Assembly: GCA_021498125.1 (NCBI GenBank)
Contig: JAIZWL010000001.1
Coordinates: 773,434 to 837,433, forward strand
Direction of reading: 5' to 3'
Origin: Candidatus Thorarchaeota archaeon
Lineage (GTDB): Archaea; Asgardarchaeota; Thorarchaeia; Thorarchaeales; Thorarchaeaceae
Length of the DNA stretch: 64,000 nucleotides
The notes under the pieces are model-generated. The model ran no database searches. It had not been told where the DNA came from and saw nothing but the letters and a program-made list of their open reading frames with translations. Position numbers and translations under genes: made by a program. Shown piece after piece: positions 1-8,937 of the stretch. Each line of letters begins with the position of its first letter. Positions within the stretch are counted from its first letter, which is position 1.

Positions 1-273
1 TGATAATCATATAGATCCGCCGGTGGCATTTTTGCCTCTCCTTTCAAAGATTATGCGTTGGAAAACTTCCATACAGATAAACATAATTAATGATAATCTC
101 TCAAATATTATTATTACTAACTTACAAATGTGTGTTGTCTAGCACTCATCTGACCTGATTCTCTCCGCCGTTCTGCCTTTTCTTGTTCTACATAGATGAA
201 TGTTGATTGCCTCTCGTGAACATCAATGAGATGATATCCCAATATATTTTAGCGGATATACGAACCTTATCGT

Positions 274-810
274 ATGATGTACGACGTGATGTATCAGGAA
301 CCCTATCGGCTCATACGTAGAACCCGTGTTATTCTACTTCCAGTTGACGGAAGCAAGGATTCTGCACGAGCCGCATCGGTTGCCTTCGAACTCGCTGAGA
401 TCACGAAAGGCAAGCTCATCATTCTTCATGTCATCAATCTTGGCATGGTCCAACAGATCGCCCGGATGTCTGATACCGATGTAGATACTGTTCTTGAACG
501 ATATCGAGAGAATGGCGAACATCTATTGGACTGCTATAAGGCATCTGCTGCTGAACATGATGTTGATGCTCAACTGATCTTGGAGGAGGGTCTCCCTTCT
601 AAGATGATTTTAAGCGTTGCCGATAAAGAAGAGGTAGAAGTGATTGTCATGGGCTCGCATGGTGCTAGTGGCGAACGATCGTCCACCATCGGTAGCACCA
701 CTGAGCGCGTTGTACGAGGTGCGAAATGTACAGTGATCGTTATCAAACGTCCACCACCACGCCGTACTAAACGACGTCCAACCGCGAAGCCAGGCGAATC
801 ATCTTCCTGA
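274..810 (+). CDS. Universal stress protein (UspA family)
   Basis: 178 aa. Usp fold signature: 'VILLPVDGSKDSARAA' N-terminal strand, 'LIILHV', and a C-terminal 'VIVMGSHGASGE...GSTTERVVRGAKCTVIVI' ATP-binding-like motif. Start may be an internal Met. Confidence 0.8.
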   Translation: MMYDVMYQEPYRLIRRTRVILLPVDGSKDSARAASVAFELAEITKGKLIILHVINLGMVQQIARMSDTDVDTVLERYRENGEHLLDCYKASAAEHDVDAQLILEEGLPSKMILSVADKEEVEVIVMGSHGASGERSSTIGSTTERVVRGAKCTVIVIKRPPPRRTKRRPTAKPGESSS

Positions 811-1015
811 TTGAGAGGACCTCTTCGCCTGCTGACTTGTAGGTCTTTGCAATGATCTTGGCGTCCTTTTTAGGGACGCCTTGCTCTACAAGAGTATTAT
901 AGAACACATCAGATCCCTGCTTGACATTCTTTCTGGCACGTCTCATCGCTGCATACACCTTCACTAGGAGTTTGCTGCCGCCCCCTATTGTTGAGGCAAT
1001 GATGCGAGCGGTCAT
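767..1015 (-). CDS. Small hypothetical protein (82 aa), paralogous to the upstream ORF 1012..1353
   Basis: Overlaps the upstream ORF by 4 nt (ATGA) on the same strand. Shares the pattern S.L...VY...FY..L.E.G(I/V)P...A....K.Y.S......M...AS with its neighbour. Its 3' end overlaps the Usp gene tail by 44 nt on the opposite strand. Confidence 0.45.
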   Translation of the reverse strand: MTARIIASTIGGGSKLLVKVYAAMRRARKNVKQGSDVFYNTLVEQGVPKKDAKIIAKTYKSAGEEVLSIRKMIRLASRLDVV

Positions 1016-1353
1016 TCTACATCTTCGTCCTCGTCTTTGTCATGTCTTGACTTTTTGATTGCGCTGTGCTTGCCTCTGCTCTCACCAGATGCCATCTCGA
1101 GCATCTTTGCAAAGTCCAGACCGCTCACATATTGCTTGGTCATCTCTAGTGCCAGCTCATCTGGAATTCCCTCTTCCTTGAGCTTGGTGTAGAAGCGACC
1201 GATTGCGGTTGCCATGCTTGCTGCTGCCTCGGGACTGTAGACACTACTGATGAGACCTGAGATTAGTGTCGGAATGGACTCGTTGAGAGCGGAGAAGATT
1301 TCCCGAATTTCTTCGGCATCTTCCTTGTGTTTGATGTGTTTTTCTTCACTCAT
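1012..1353 (-). CDS. Small hypothetical protein (113 aa) with an acidic C-terminal tail, paralogous to ORF 767..1015
   Basis: ORF with a helical, amphipathic character. Tandem arrangement with its paralogue and a 4-nt start/stop overlap suggest an operon. Confidence 0.5.
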   Translation of the reverse strand: MSEEKHIKHKEDAEEIREIFSALNESIPTLISGLISSVYSPEAAASMATAIGRFYTKLKEEGIPDELALEMTKQYVSGLDFAKMLEMASGESRGKHSAIKKSRHDKDEDEDVE

Positions 1354-1494
1354 TGGTTTGTCACCACTTGTATAGTATGCTGGTCACTACATATGCTGAT
1401 TATGGGAAAAAGTGGCCAGTTCTGTGACCACATTATGGATACTCTCTGGTCATTCTCTTTGGGTTTCTTTAATTTCCGTCTTAACCATACCTTT

Positions 1495-1533
1495 ATTAGG
1501 TAATATGTTACATAATTAGGTAATACATTACGT
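1495..1533. repeat. Direct repeat (2 x ~19 bp, period 20 bp), 'ATTAGGTAATA(T/C)(G/A)TTAC', in a divergent intergenic region
   Basis: Copy 1 at 1495-1513 (attaggtaatatgttacat) and copy 2 at 1515-1533 (attaggtaatacattacgt), immediately upstream of the GTG start at 1543. Confidence 0.6.
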
Positions 1534-1542
1534 ATTTGAAAG

Positions 1543-2460
1543 GTGTTGACGGTGAACGACATACAGATAACCGAGCCTCGACATGTGATCTTTGAACGCT
1601 ATGCCACTGGTGTGACTGCTCTTCTGACAGCAATTACACTTGTACTGACTACGATTTGGGGTCCTGCTGTTCTTGGGATAATACAGTACAGAACATCCCA
1701 GTCAGGAATTTATCAGATGATGGGGCAAGACTGGGTGAATCTTCTTCTGATGGCACCATTGCTAATCGTTGGAGGTTTGCTTCATATGAAGAAGCATTCC
1801 GGTGGAAAGTATTTTCTCATTCTGACTCCGATAACCCTGATTTACACGGGACTCTCATATGGTGTGGGACAAGAGTGGAGCAGCTCATCCTACGGTGGGA
1901 ATGCTGAACACTATGCATGGCTGTTTCTGATAATGATGATCAGTGGGTTGATACTTGCGATGAGCAGTTATTCCATGTTCTCACCAGATGATTCTCCTAA
2001 CTTCGCTGGTCGAGGCGTGAAAATCTACGTGAGCCTTATGACCCTCTTCTTGTTCTTCTTTGCCTCAATGTGGATGTCTGAGATGAGCGAGGTCATGACG
2101 ACTGGTGGGACCGCCAGCGGAACCTATGCAAGTACTCCAACTTTGTTTTGGGTGGTTCGCTATCTCGATCTTGGTTTCACTATTCCGTTGGGTCTTCTTG
2201 CATTGTATCTCTTACTTACTCGACCGCGGAAGGCCTATCCAATGATTCTTCTCTTCTTTGGATTCTTCATCACTCTTGGTACTGCTGTAAATGCAATGGC
2301 GATTGTTCAGTTACTAAGTGGAGATCCCGAATTGGCAGGGGCTGTTGCAGCCGGACTGGTCATCTTTCCGATCCTTGGCATCTTATCCTATGCGGGGCTG
2401 TTCTATCTGCTAAAGGATAAAATTGTCCGACTGTTCAAGAGTTCAGCAGAATCACTATAA
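1543..2460 (+). CDS. Polytopic integral membrane protein (about 8 TM helices), function unknown
   Basis: 305 aa with hydrophobic helices throughout. GTG start, and no recognisable catalytic motif. Confidence 0.55.
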   Translation: MLTVNDIQITEPRHVIFERYATGVTALLTAITLVLTTIWGPAVLGIIQYRTSQSGIYQMMGQDWVNLLLMAPLLIVGGLLHMKKHSGGKYFLILTPITLIYTGLSYGVGQEWSSSSYGGNAEHYAWLFLIMMISGLILAMSSYSMFSPDDSPNFAGRGVKIYVSLMTLFLFFFASMWMSEMSEVMTTGGTASGTYASTPTLFWVVRYLDLGFTIPLGLLALYLLLTRPRKAYPMILLFFGFFITLGTAVNAMAIVQLLSGDPELAGAVAAGLVIFPILGILSYAGLFYLLKDKIVRLFKSSAESL

Positions 2461-2522
2461 GGAATGACCCGGATGACGGAGTTCGTAGCACGAGGATGCC
2501 AGTATTTTTCGATGGGCCTGAT

Positions 2523-2543
2523 GGGCGGCTTGATTGGCCGCCC
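2523..2543 (+). terminator. GC-rich hairpin (GGGCGGC-ttgattg-GCCGCCC) downstream of the membrane protein gene
   Basis: Perfect 7-bp inverted repeat with a 7-nt loop. No strong T-tract follows, so terminator function is uncertain. Confidence 0.3.
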
Positions 2544-2596
2544 TCCTCACTTTGTAAATGGTTCATTGATCAATACCGTTTCTCCAAGATGCGGAT

Positions 2597-3097
2597 GTGG
2601 GCTTCATGGACGAAGAAGTGCGACAAAAAATGTTTGAGTCGTTTAGTTTGCTATTTCTACTCAGCCAGAGATTCGAGTATATATCGGACTCTCTACTATC
2701 TGAGGATGGACTGACGACTAAACAGCTTCTAGCTCTGGTTGTCATAGAGCGTGGATTTGATCATTCACCTGCAATTTCCGAAGTTGCTGAGGCTCTTAGT
2801 ACCTCTCATCAAAATGTTAAACAGATCGCATTGCAGTTGAAGAAGAAGGGTTTTGTAGACATCGTGGCAGATTCGACTGATCGACGGAGAAAGTTATTGA
2901 CAACGACTAAATTTAGTCGCACCTTTTTTGATTCACGTGCGGAGATGCATGCGCGCCAGATAACGACTTTCTTCTCTTCACTGAGTGACGAAGAGATGGT
3001 CAGTTTTCATTCAATAATTGTTAAACTTCTGAATGGCACGAGTGATCTCTATCAGAAGGTTCGTGGGATTGCTCCACAACGGACAAGGCTCTGGTGA
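2597..3097 (+). CDS. MarR-family winged-helix transcriptional regulator
   Basis: 'LTTKQLLALVVI...ISEVAEALSTSHQNVKQIALQLKKKGFVDIVADSTDRRRKLLTTT' is a canonical MarR wHTH with the DxR wing motif. Confidence 0.75.
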   Translation: MGFMDEEVRQKMFESFSLLFLLSQRFEYISDSLLSEDGLTTKQLLALVVIERGFDHSPAISEVAEALSTSHQNVKQIALQLKKKGFVDIVADSTDRRRKLLTTTKFSRTFFDSRAEMHARQITTFFSSLSDEEMVSFHSIIVKLLNGTSDLYQKVRGIAPQRTRLW

Positions 3098-3103
3098 GGT
3101 CTC

Positions 3104-3580
3104 TCACTTTTCGGCAAGTGTGAATAGTCGTGCACGTTGGTCGTCCCCTTCGACCACCTTGAGAATGCCTTTTGCAACAAGATGGTTCACACGTTCTCTT
3201 ACGATTCGGCGTGATGCCGTTCCACGTTCAGCCCTGACGGCAGCAGTCAACTGGCTGATATTGAGTGGTGGAGTCTGATCAAGTGTCTTCACGATAAGCC
3301 ATGAGATTTCATCTTTTTTCAGGTCGCCAAACCGTGCCGTGAGTCGTTCAGTCCGTGTGAACTTTGTCATTAGTCTGACGATGCCATCGTAGAACTCGAA
3401 GCCCTCCCTGATGACCTTTGCAGACTCGTTGACCTCTTCAAGTTCAGGACTGATACGCTGGATTAATCTCTCGACGCGCTCCAGTCTTCTCGCAATCTCG
3501 TCTAATCTGGCTTGGACGACTTCAAGTGATGGCTGTTCTTTTTCATCAATAGATGAAGAGTCATCAGTGGCTTTTGGCAT
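3104..3580 (-). CDS. Winged-helix DNA-binding protein with an N-terminal coiled coil (MarR/TrmB-like)
   Basis: C-terminal 'ISQLTAAVRAERGTASRRIVRERVNHLVAKGIL' wHTH, with an N-terminal 'LEVVQARLDEIARRLERVERLIQRI' coiled coil. Confidence 0.55.
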   Translation of the reverse strand: MPKATDDSSSIDEKEQPSLEVVQARLDEIARRLERVERLIQRISPELEEVNESAKVIREGFEFYDGIVRLMTKFTRTERLTARFGDLKKDEISWLIVKTLDQTPPLNISQLTAAVRAERGTASRRIVRERVNHLVAKGILKVVEGDDQRARLFTLAEK

Positions 3581-3661
3581 CGTCGATACTCCAGTTCATA
3601 CTAACGCGTCTGCTATACTTCCTGCTAGTAGGACTCATAAAGAGAATGGTCTCACAACTTC

Positions 3662-5086
3662 TTGTGTTTGACCTTGAATCTTGCAAATGAAGAGTCATCA
3701 TACCCTACACCTGCTCGCCCACTAAAGGAGATCTTCCACTTCTCACATTTCACGCATCTATATCGGATCTATGTACCCGCCGCCATTCTGACAGGGATCG
3801 TCTGTGGTCTCTTTATGGTTCTCTTTGCACTTCTTGTTGATTTTCTCATTACTATTCTGTCATGGATTCCCCTCTTTGTGGCGCCGCTTCTTGGAGGCCT
3901 CTTCTCCGGTGCGATGATCTATTTCGGTGCCCGTGAAGTTGAAGGCAGTGGTATCTCTAAAGCGATAGAACTCACTCACAATCCTGCTGAGATACATCCT
4001 CGTACTGCTGTCACAAAGCTCTTGGCCACTTCGGTATCCATTGGCTCAGGGAATCCTGTCGGTCAAGAGGGGCCCGCGGTTCTGATCGGTGCATCTATTG
4101 GTAATTTCATAGGCAGACGATTGGGACACAAGAACCCTTCACATCTACGTGTCTTTCTCATGATGGGCTCTGCTGCTGCAACTGCTGCTATCTACAAGGC
4201 CCCACTCGGCGGGACGCTCTTTGCGGCCGAGGCCCCGTACAAACGAGACGCCCAACTTGGTTTCTTTGTTCCCATGGTGTTAGCATCGATCACCTCCTAT
4301 CTCGTCTTCGGAGTGATCTTGGGGATTCGCCCCCTCTTTGATTTTGAGGCATCGCTCGATTTCACACTGGCAATAGTCCCCACTGTTATCTTGCTGGGTC
4401 TCATTGCTGGCGGAATCGCAATCTTCTTTGCTGTCTTTTTGATGCAGACCCGGAACTTCTTCAAGCTCGAACTACCCGACTGGGCCGATCCTATCGCCGG
4501 ATCATTCTTTGCAAGTGTTGTGCTCTTCATTGGTGCGGTCATCTTTGATCCCTCCCTCACTCTTGCAGGGCTGGGGTTCAATGTGATCTCTCACATTGCT
4601 ACTTCACAGGTTCCGATCATTGTTCTTCTCATGTTAATGATGGGCAAGCTGTTTGCCACATCCTTTGCAGTGGCTGGTCGTGTTTCTGGTGGAGTGCTTT
4701 CTTCCTCCATCTTTGTCGGTGCGATGCTGGGTGCTGTGTTCGGTGAGATCTTTGCACCCGCCTATGTTCCTGCATTCATTGTTCTTGGTATGGGTGCTGT
4801 GCTTGCTGCTAATACAAATACTCCCGTGGCCTCAACTGTATTGCTACTTGAAATCAGTCAGACCTTCGATCTCTTGATACCACTTGTGATCTGCATCTGT
4901 GTGGCCTATCTTGTTGCTGGAGGTACATCGCTCTACGAGGGGCAAAAGCTCAGTCGTGAGGATGAAGGTCCTGGTTTTATTGCAATGGTCAAGACCGACT
5001 CGTTGCCATTTTCCTCAAAAGCTTCTGATGCTGTCAATCGAGTTGAGAACAAGGCCAAGAAACATGAAGCGGATGTCGGTGAATAG
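3662..5086 (+). CDS. clcA: ClC-family voltage-gated chloride channel / H+-Cl- antiporter
   Basis: ClC selectivity-filter motifs 'GSGISKA' (GSGIP), 'GQEGPAVLIGASIG' (GxEGP) and 'APLGGTLFAAE', with at least 10 TM helices. Confidence 0.85.
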   Translation: MCLTLNLANEESSYPTPARPLKEIFHFSHFTHLYRIYVPAAILTGIVCGLFMVLFALLVDFLITILSWIPLFVAPLLGGLFSGAMIYFGAREVEGSGISKAIELTHNPAEIHPRTAVTKLLATSVSIGSGNPVGQEGPAVLIGASIGNFIGRRLGHKNPSHLRVFLMMGSAAATAAIYKAPLGGTLFAAEAPYKRDAQLGFFVPMVLASITSYLVFGVILGIRPLFDFEASLDFTLAIVPTVILLGLIAGGIAIFFAVFLMQTRNFFKLELPDWADPIAGSFFASVVLFIGAVIFDPSLTLAGLGFNVISHIATSQVPIIVLLMLMMGKLFATSFAVAGRVSGGVLSSSIFVGAMLGAVFGEIFAPAYVPAFIVLGMGAVLAANTNTPVASTVLLLEISQTFDLLIPLVICICVAYLVAGGTSLYEGQKLSREDEGPGFIAMVKTDSLPFSSKASDAVNRVENKAKKHEADVGE

Positions 5087-5169
5087 ATTAATCAGGAAAT
5101 GTGCCCTATTATGGTATGCTTGAGAGGACCGCGCCCTCTCCTTGGCAGCCAATTAGAGGAGGCTACCAT

Positions 5170-8100
5170 ATGCGACATGTTGTATCTTTACTGTTCATAT
5201 TATTATTATTTGCGATCCCCGCGCCTATAGCGGAGCAAACTAATGCGACCACCTCTGCATCTACTTATCAAACGCCGCCAGAGACAATTTCTTTGAACTT
5301 TCAGGCTCTTTCTTCGATCTATGGTGCTGACATTCCTGTCATGGTGTCATTCGTTGATGATGTGAGTGCTTCTGTAGTTGATCGGATTTTGGCGACAGGA
5401 GTCAGATTTAGCTTTGGTTCTCCTCAACTCAGTCATGTGAATGAGTTCTATTTGCTGCGAGGAAGTGCTTCGGCTCTTGAAACTCTCATGAACACGGGAT
5501 TGGTTCGGTCAATCGATGTTCAGTCTTCGATAAACTATCTCCAATCCACACGCGATGTTTCGATTCCTGAGATCAATGCTGATGATGCGTGGAATATGTT
5601 AGATGGACTTGGACGCAATCTCACAGGCCAAGATATCCTCATTGCAGACTTGGATACGGGAGTGGACTGGAAGCATCCCGATCTCTGGTTTCCCGGGGAT
5701 ACTGCATATTCATGGATCGATTCCACTTCTGACGGAAAGCCCTCCAATGGTAGTGATTATGTGGATCTCAATGGCGACTTTAGTGGGACTGCGGACGAGG
5801 TCCTGTACTATATTGATCTGGACTCTGATGGGACATACAATACGACCACCGACTGGCTGTGGGTAGACAACATCTCTCAGAATGCCGAACCAGACCCTGG
5901 TGAACCCTTCTTTGTGGTCAACGATACAAATGGAAACGATGCTCTTGATGTTGGCGAGACCCTTGTAATGTTGACGACCCCTAAGACGAAGTATATTGTT
6001 GAGAAAGACGGCACTCCCCAGGCCGATCTTCAGGTATGGGTAAGAGGGGTCAACCTGACGGCAAGTACACATCAGGACACCGATGGTCACGGAACGGCCG
6101 TTGCAGGAATTCTACTTGGTGGGCAGCTCAATTATCGCAAGTATGTGGGTGTCGCCCCTGACTCGGAGCTTATGATGGTTCGAGTGTTGGGAAGTAGTGG
6201 TACTGCTCTCTCTGTTGAAGAAGGTCTCACGTGGGCTTACAATCATGGTGCCGATGTGATTCTCACGGAGATCGGTTCATGGACTTACGAATATCTGGAT
6301 GGCAGCGATTCCGCCGAGACCCTGATCAATACGATCGTCTCCAATGGTGTGCCTGTCATCTCCCCAGCAGGTAACTTGGGCGGGAAGGACAAGCATGCGC
6401 TGTTCAATGTTACTGCGGACACGCAGCACCAGACTGATTTTACGATTCCTGCTCCGGATGGGACCTATGTTGTATATGATATTAATAACGTCTACATTAC
6501 AGTGCTCTCGATTAATAGTACAGACTTCTGGACATGTAATTTCAGTCTGATCATGAATCTCGCAGTTTGGGGTGGACCGCCAGCACTGACGACCTATCTT
6601 CATCCGGGAAATGGCTATCTGACCTTTAATGCCGAACCCGCTGTGGTATGGGGCGGTAATACTTTCACTATCGAGTCATTCATATCGAGTTCATCTCGGA
6701 ACACGCAGATGTTGGGGATTTGGATTCATGGGACGCTGCCTACGACTGGTTCCTCACCACCTTGGCATCAAGTCAATATTACAGCTCCCTCCAACATGAC
6801 CTTCCATGCATACATCTCCGACGATCAAAGCTCATGGTCGGGAGGCTGTATCTGGAAGAGCGATATGTCCAACGATTACGAGATCACATGGCCCTCCACC
6901 GCTGATGACGCACTCAGTGTCGCAAGTTATAGGACCCGAAATATTTTCGCTGGAAATTCTGTTGGCGATATTGCCAGTTTCTCATCACGTGGTCCACGAA
7001 TTGATGAAACCCAAAAATTAGGGGTTGCAGCCCCTGGAGGGTATGACATCATCTCAGACTATAGTAATGCCTCAGCTTGGCAGGCGTGGTTCAATGGAAA
7101 CGGGCAGCTTCCATTTGGGGCGGCCTTTGGAAGTTATAGGTTATTCAGTGGCACCAGTGCCTCAGGTCCTCATGTTGCTGGTTGTGCAGCCCTAATGTTA
7201 CAACGTGACTCCTCGAAAGGGTCGAGTGTCAAAGCACTGATTCAAAATAACGCTCGCTCGGACGGGTTTACTGGAACCGTACCAAATTCGATCTGGGGGT
7301 ATGGTAAACTCGATGTCCAAGCTGCAGTTGCGGCAATTGATGTGGCCTCTCCCACGATTCACTCTGTAGGGCTTACCCCCTCTGTTGTGGAGTACTACCA
7401 GACAGTAGAGTTTGAGGCGAATGTGACAGACGACTCTTCCGTGGATAGTGTCTATCTGAAGTATCAGACCAATGGATGGACCTCTCCGACGTGGGCCAAG
7501 ATGACCTTACAGGGAACTGGTAATTTTACAGTCACAGTTGGACCCTTTGTGTATAATTCCACAGTCTTCTATACTATCTATGCCAACGACACCTCGGGCA
7601 ATGATGCAGAATCCACAGTAGCTAATTTCATTGTTGGTGATTCCGTTGCACCCTCCTTTGCTAACTTTTGGAGATCGGCGGCAACTCCCGGTGCCGGGAA
7701 TCCCGTTGAGATCCGCGTGGATGTTGTCGAGCCATCAGGTGCCTCTGGTGTTGATACAGTACTACTAAACTGGTCTGCATCAGCTGGAGTCTGGACAATC
7801 ACGACCATGACTGCCACTACTGGAGATACCTATTCAGCGACGATATCGGGGCAATCTGAAGGAACTATTGTCTATTATTATTTCATTGCAAATGACACAG
7901 CAGGTAATCTCAATGCATCTACCATTATCAGCTATACCACGGTAGCCGCAGAGAGTGTTCCTCCCTCGATCAATAGTGTGACTCGTGATCCCGAGACCCC
8001 TGATAGTACACAGAGTGTGACGGTGACTGCGAATGTCACGGACAGTTCTGGAGTGGACATGGTAATTCTCGAGTACTACAATGGCTCTGCATGGATCAAT

Positions 8101-8433
8101 GTGACCATGACTCATGTGGGTGATTATTATGAGGCCACGATCCCTGCACTCCCCGAAGGGGCAACAGTGACCTATCGTGTACATGCACGTGATAATGTGG
8201 GTAATTGGGCGGTGAGCAGCGACTTCTCATATACTGTCACCGGTGGCACTACGACCACCACAACTACCACTACCACTACGACCACCACCACCACAACAAC
8301 AGCACCCACCACGACGACACCCACCTCTTCGACATTGCCTGACAAAGCGGATCCGCTGATACTGGGAGCCATGTTCGGGATCATTCTAATTCTGATCATT
8401 CTCTCGGTCAAGTGGTCCCGGCGTGAGCAATGA
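5170..8433 (+). CDS. Subtilisin-like serine protease (peptidase S8) with a poly-Thr stalk and a C-terminal TM anchor
   Basis: Catalytic Asp 'IADLDTGVDW', His 'DTDGHGTAVAGI' and Ser 'GTSASGPHVAGCAAL'. Signal peptide 'MRHVVSLLFILLLFAIPAPIA' at the ATG at 5170, preceded by GAGGAGG (the ORF alternatively opens at 5101). Ig-like repeat domains are followed by a T19 tract and the 'LILGAMFGIILILIILSVKWSRREQ' anchor. Confidence 0.9.
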   Translation: MRHVVSLLFILLLFAIPAPIAEQTNATTSASTYQTPPETISLNFQALSSIYGADIPVMVSFVDDVSASVVDRILATGVRFSFGSPQLSHVNEFYLLRGSASALETLMNTGLVRSIDVQSSINYLQSTRDVSIPEINADDAWNMLDGLGRNLTGQDILIADLDTGVDWKHPDLWFPGDTAYSWIDSTSDGKPSNGSDYVDLNGDFSGTADEVLYYIDLDSDGTYNTTTDWLWVDNISQNAEPDPGEPFFVVNDTNGNDALDVGETLVMLTTPKTKYIVEKDGTPQADLQVWVRGVNLTASTHQDTDGHGTAVAGILLGGQLNYRKYVGVAPDSELMMVRVLGSSGTALSVEEGLTWAYNHGADVILTEIGSWTYEYLDGSDSAETLINTIVSNGVPVISPAGNLGGKDKHALFNVTADTQHQTDFTIPAPDGTYVVYDINNVYITVLSINSTDFWTCNFSLIMNLAVWGGPPALTTYLHPGNGYLTFNAEPAVVWGGNTFTIESFISSSSRNTQMLGIWIHGTLPTTGSSPPWHQVNITAPSNMTFHAYISDDQSSWSGGCIWKSDMSNDYEITWPSTADDALSVASYRTRNIFAGNSVGDIASFSSRGPRIDETQKLGVAAPGGYDIISDYSNASAWQAWFNGNGQLPFGAAFGSYRLFSGTSASGPHVAGCAALMLQRDSSKGSSVKALIQNNARSDGFTGTVPNSIWGYGKLDVQAAVAAIDVASPTIHSVGLTPSVVEYYQTVEFEANVTDDSSVDSVYLKYQTNGWTSPTWAKMTLQGTGNFTVTVGPFVYNSTVFYTIYANDTSGNDAESTVANFIVGDSVAPSFANFWRSAATPGAGNPVEIRVDVVEPSGASGVDTVLLNWSASAGVWTITTMTATTGDTYSATISGQSEGTIVYYYFIANDTAGNLNASTIISYTTVAAESVPPSINSVTRDPETPDSTQSVTVTANVTDSSGVDMVILEYYNGSAWINVTMTHVGDYYEATIPALPEGATVTYRVHARDNVGNWAVSSDFSYTVTGGTTTTTTTTTTTTTTTTTTAPTTTTPTSSTLPDKADPLILGAMFGIILILIILSVKWSRREQ
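8248..8325 (+). repeat. Coding ACC/ACT/ACG microsatellite (poly-Thr linker) inside the S8 protease gene
   Basis: Run of (ACN)n codons encoding 'TTTTTTTTTTTTTTTTTTTAPTTTTPT'. Confidence 0.85.
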
Positions 8434-8520
8434 TTGGGGCCGGCCTCTCGCCGCCCCTCTCCATGCATCAGGAAATATGATAAATGGGGATTCGTTTCTC
8501 TCTAATCCGGGGAATATTCG

Positions 8521-8877
8521 GTGCAGCAGGTCGGCAAATTCTCACTCACAATAGCAGGGAATCGCGGAAGAATCTTTAGAGGCAGCCGTGAGATCGTTGT
8601 CGAGGTCCTGATAGACAAAGAGAGCACACACGTAGTGATAGATTGTACAGCGTGCAAGGATCTGTTAAAGAACCAGCTCCCCCGGGGCGAAATGATTGCA
8701 GTAGTATCAGGTATGAAGAAGTTCTTTGACGCTCAAGAGCTGAAAAAAATCAAGGTCTCCGTGTCTGGTGGTACGATGCATAGGGAATATGCGGGTGTTG
8801 TCGAAGAGTCGCATATTGATGATCTGCGCGAGTGCGTTGAACAATCATTGGACACATTTACGCACAAGCATCATTAG
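8521..8877 (+). CDS. Hypothetical protein (118 aa)
   Basis: Fills the gap between the protease and serC. No recognisable motifs. Confidence 0.35.
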   Translation: MQQVGKFSLTIAGNRGRIFRGSREIVVEVLIDKESTHVVIDCTACKDLLKNQLPRGEMIAVVSGMKKFFDAQELKKIKVSVSGGTMHREYAGVVEESHIDDLRECVEQSLDTFTHKHH

Positions 8878-8937
8878 AATTAGTGACTGAAAGAATGAGG
8901 GCCGGGAAGGCTCTCGCCTGTCCCGGTCAAGATCTGT

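Noticed and set aside
8240-8330. Regularly repeated ACC/ACT/ACG tract considered as a possible CRISPR or short-tandem non-coding repeat
   Set aside because: It is in-frame coding sequence (poly-Thr linker) inside the protease. No spacer-repeat architecture exists anywhere in the window.
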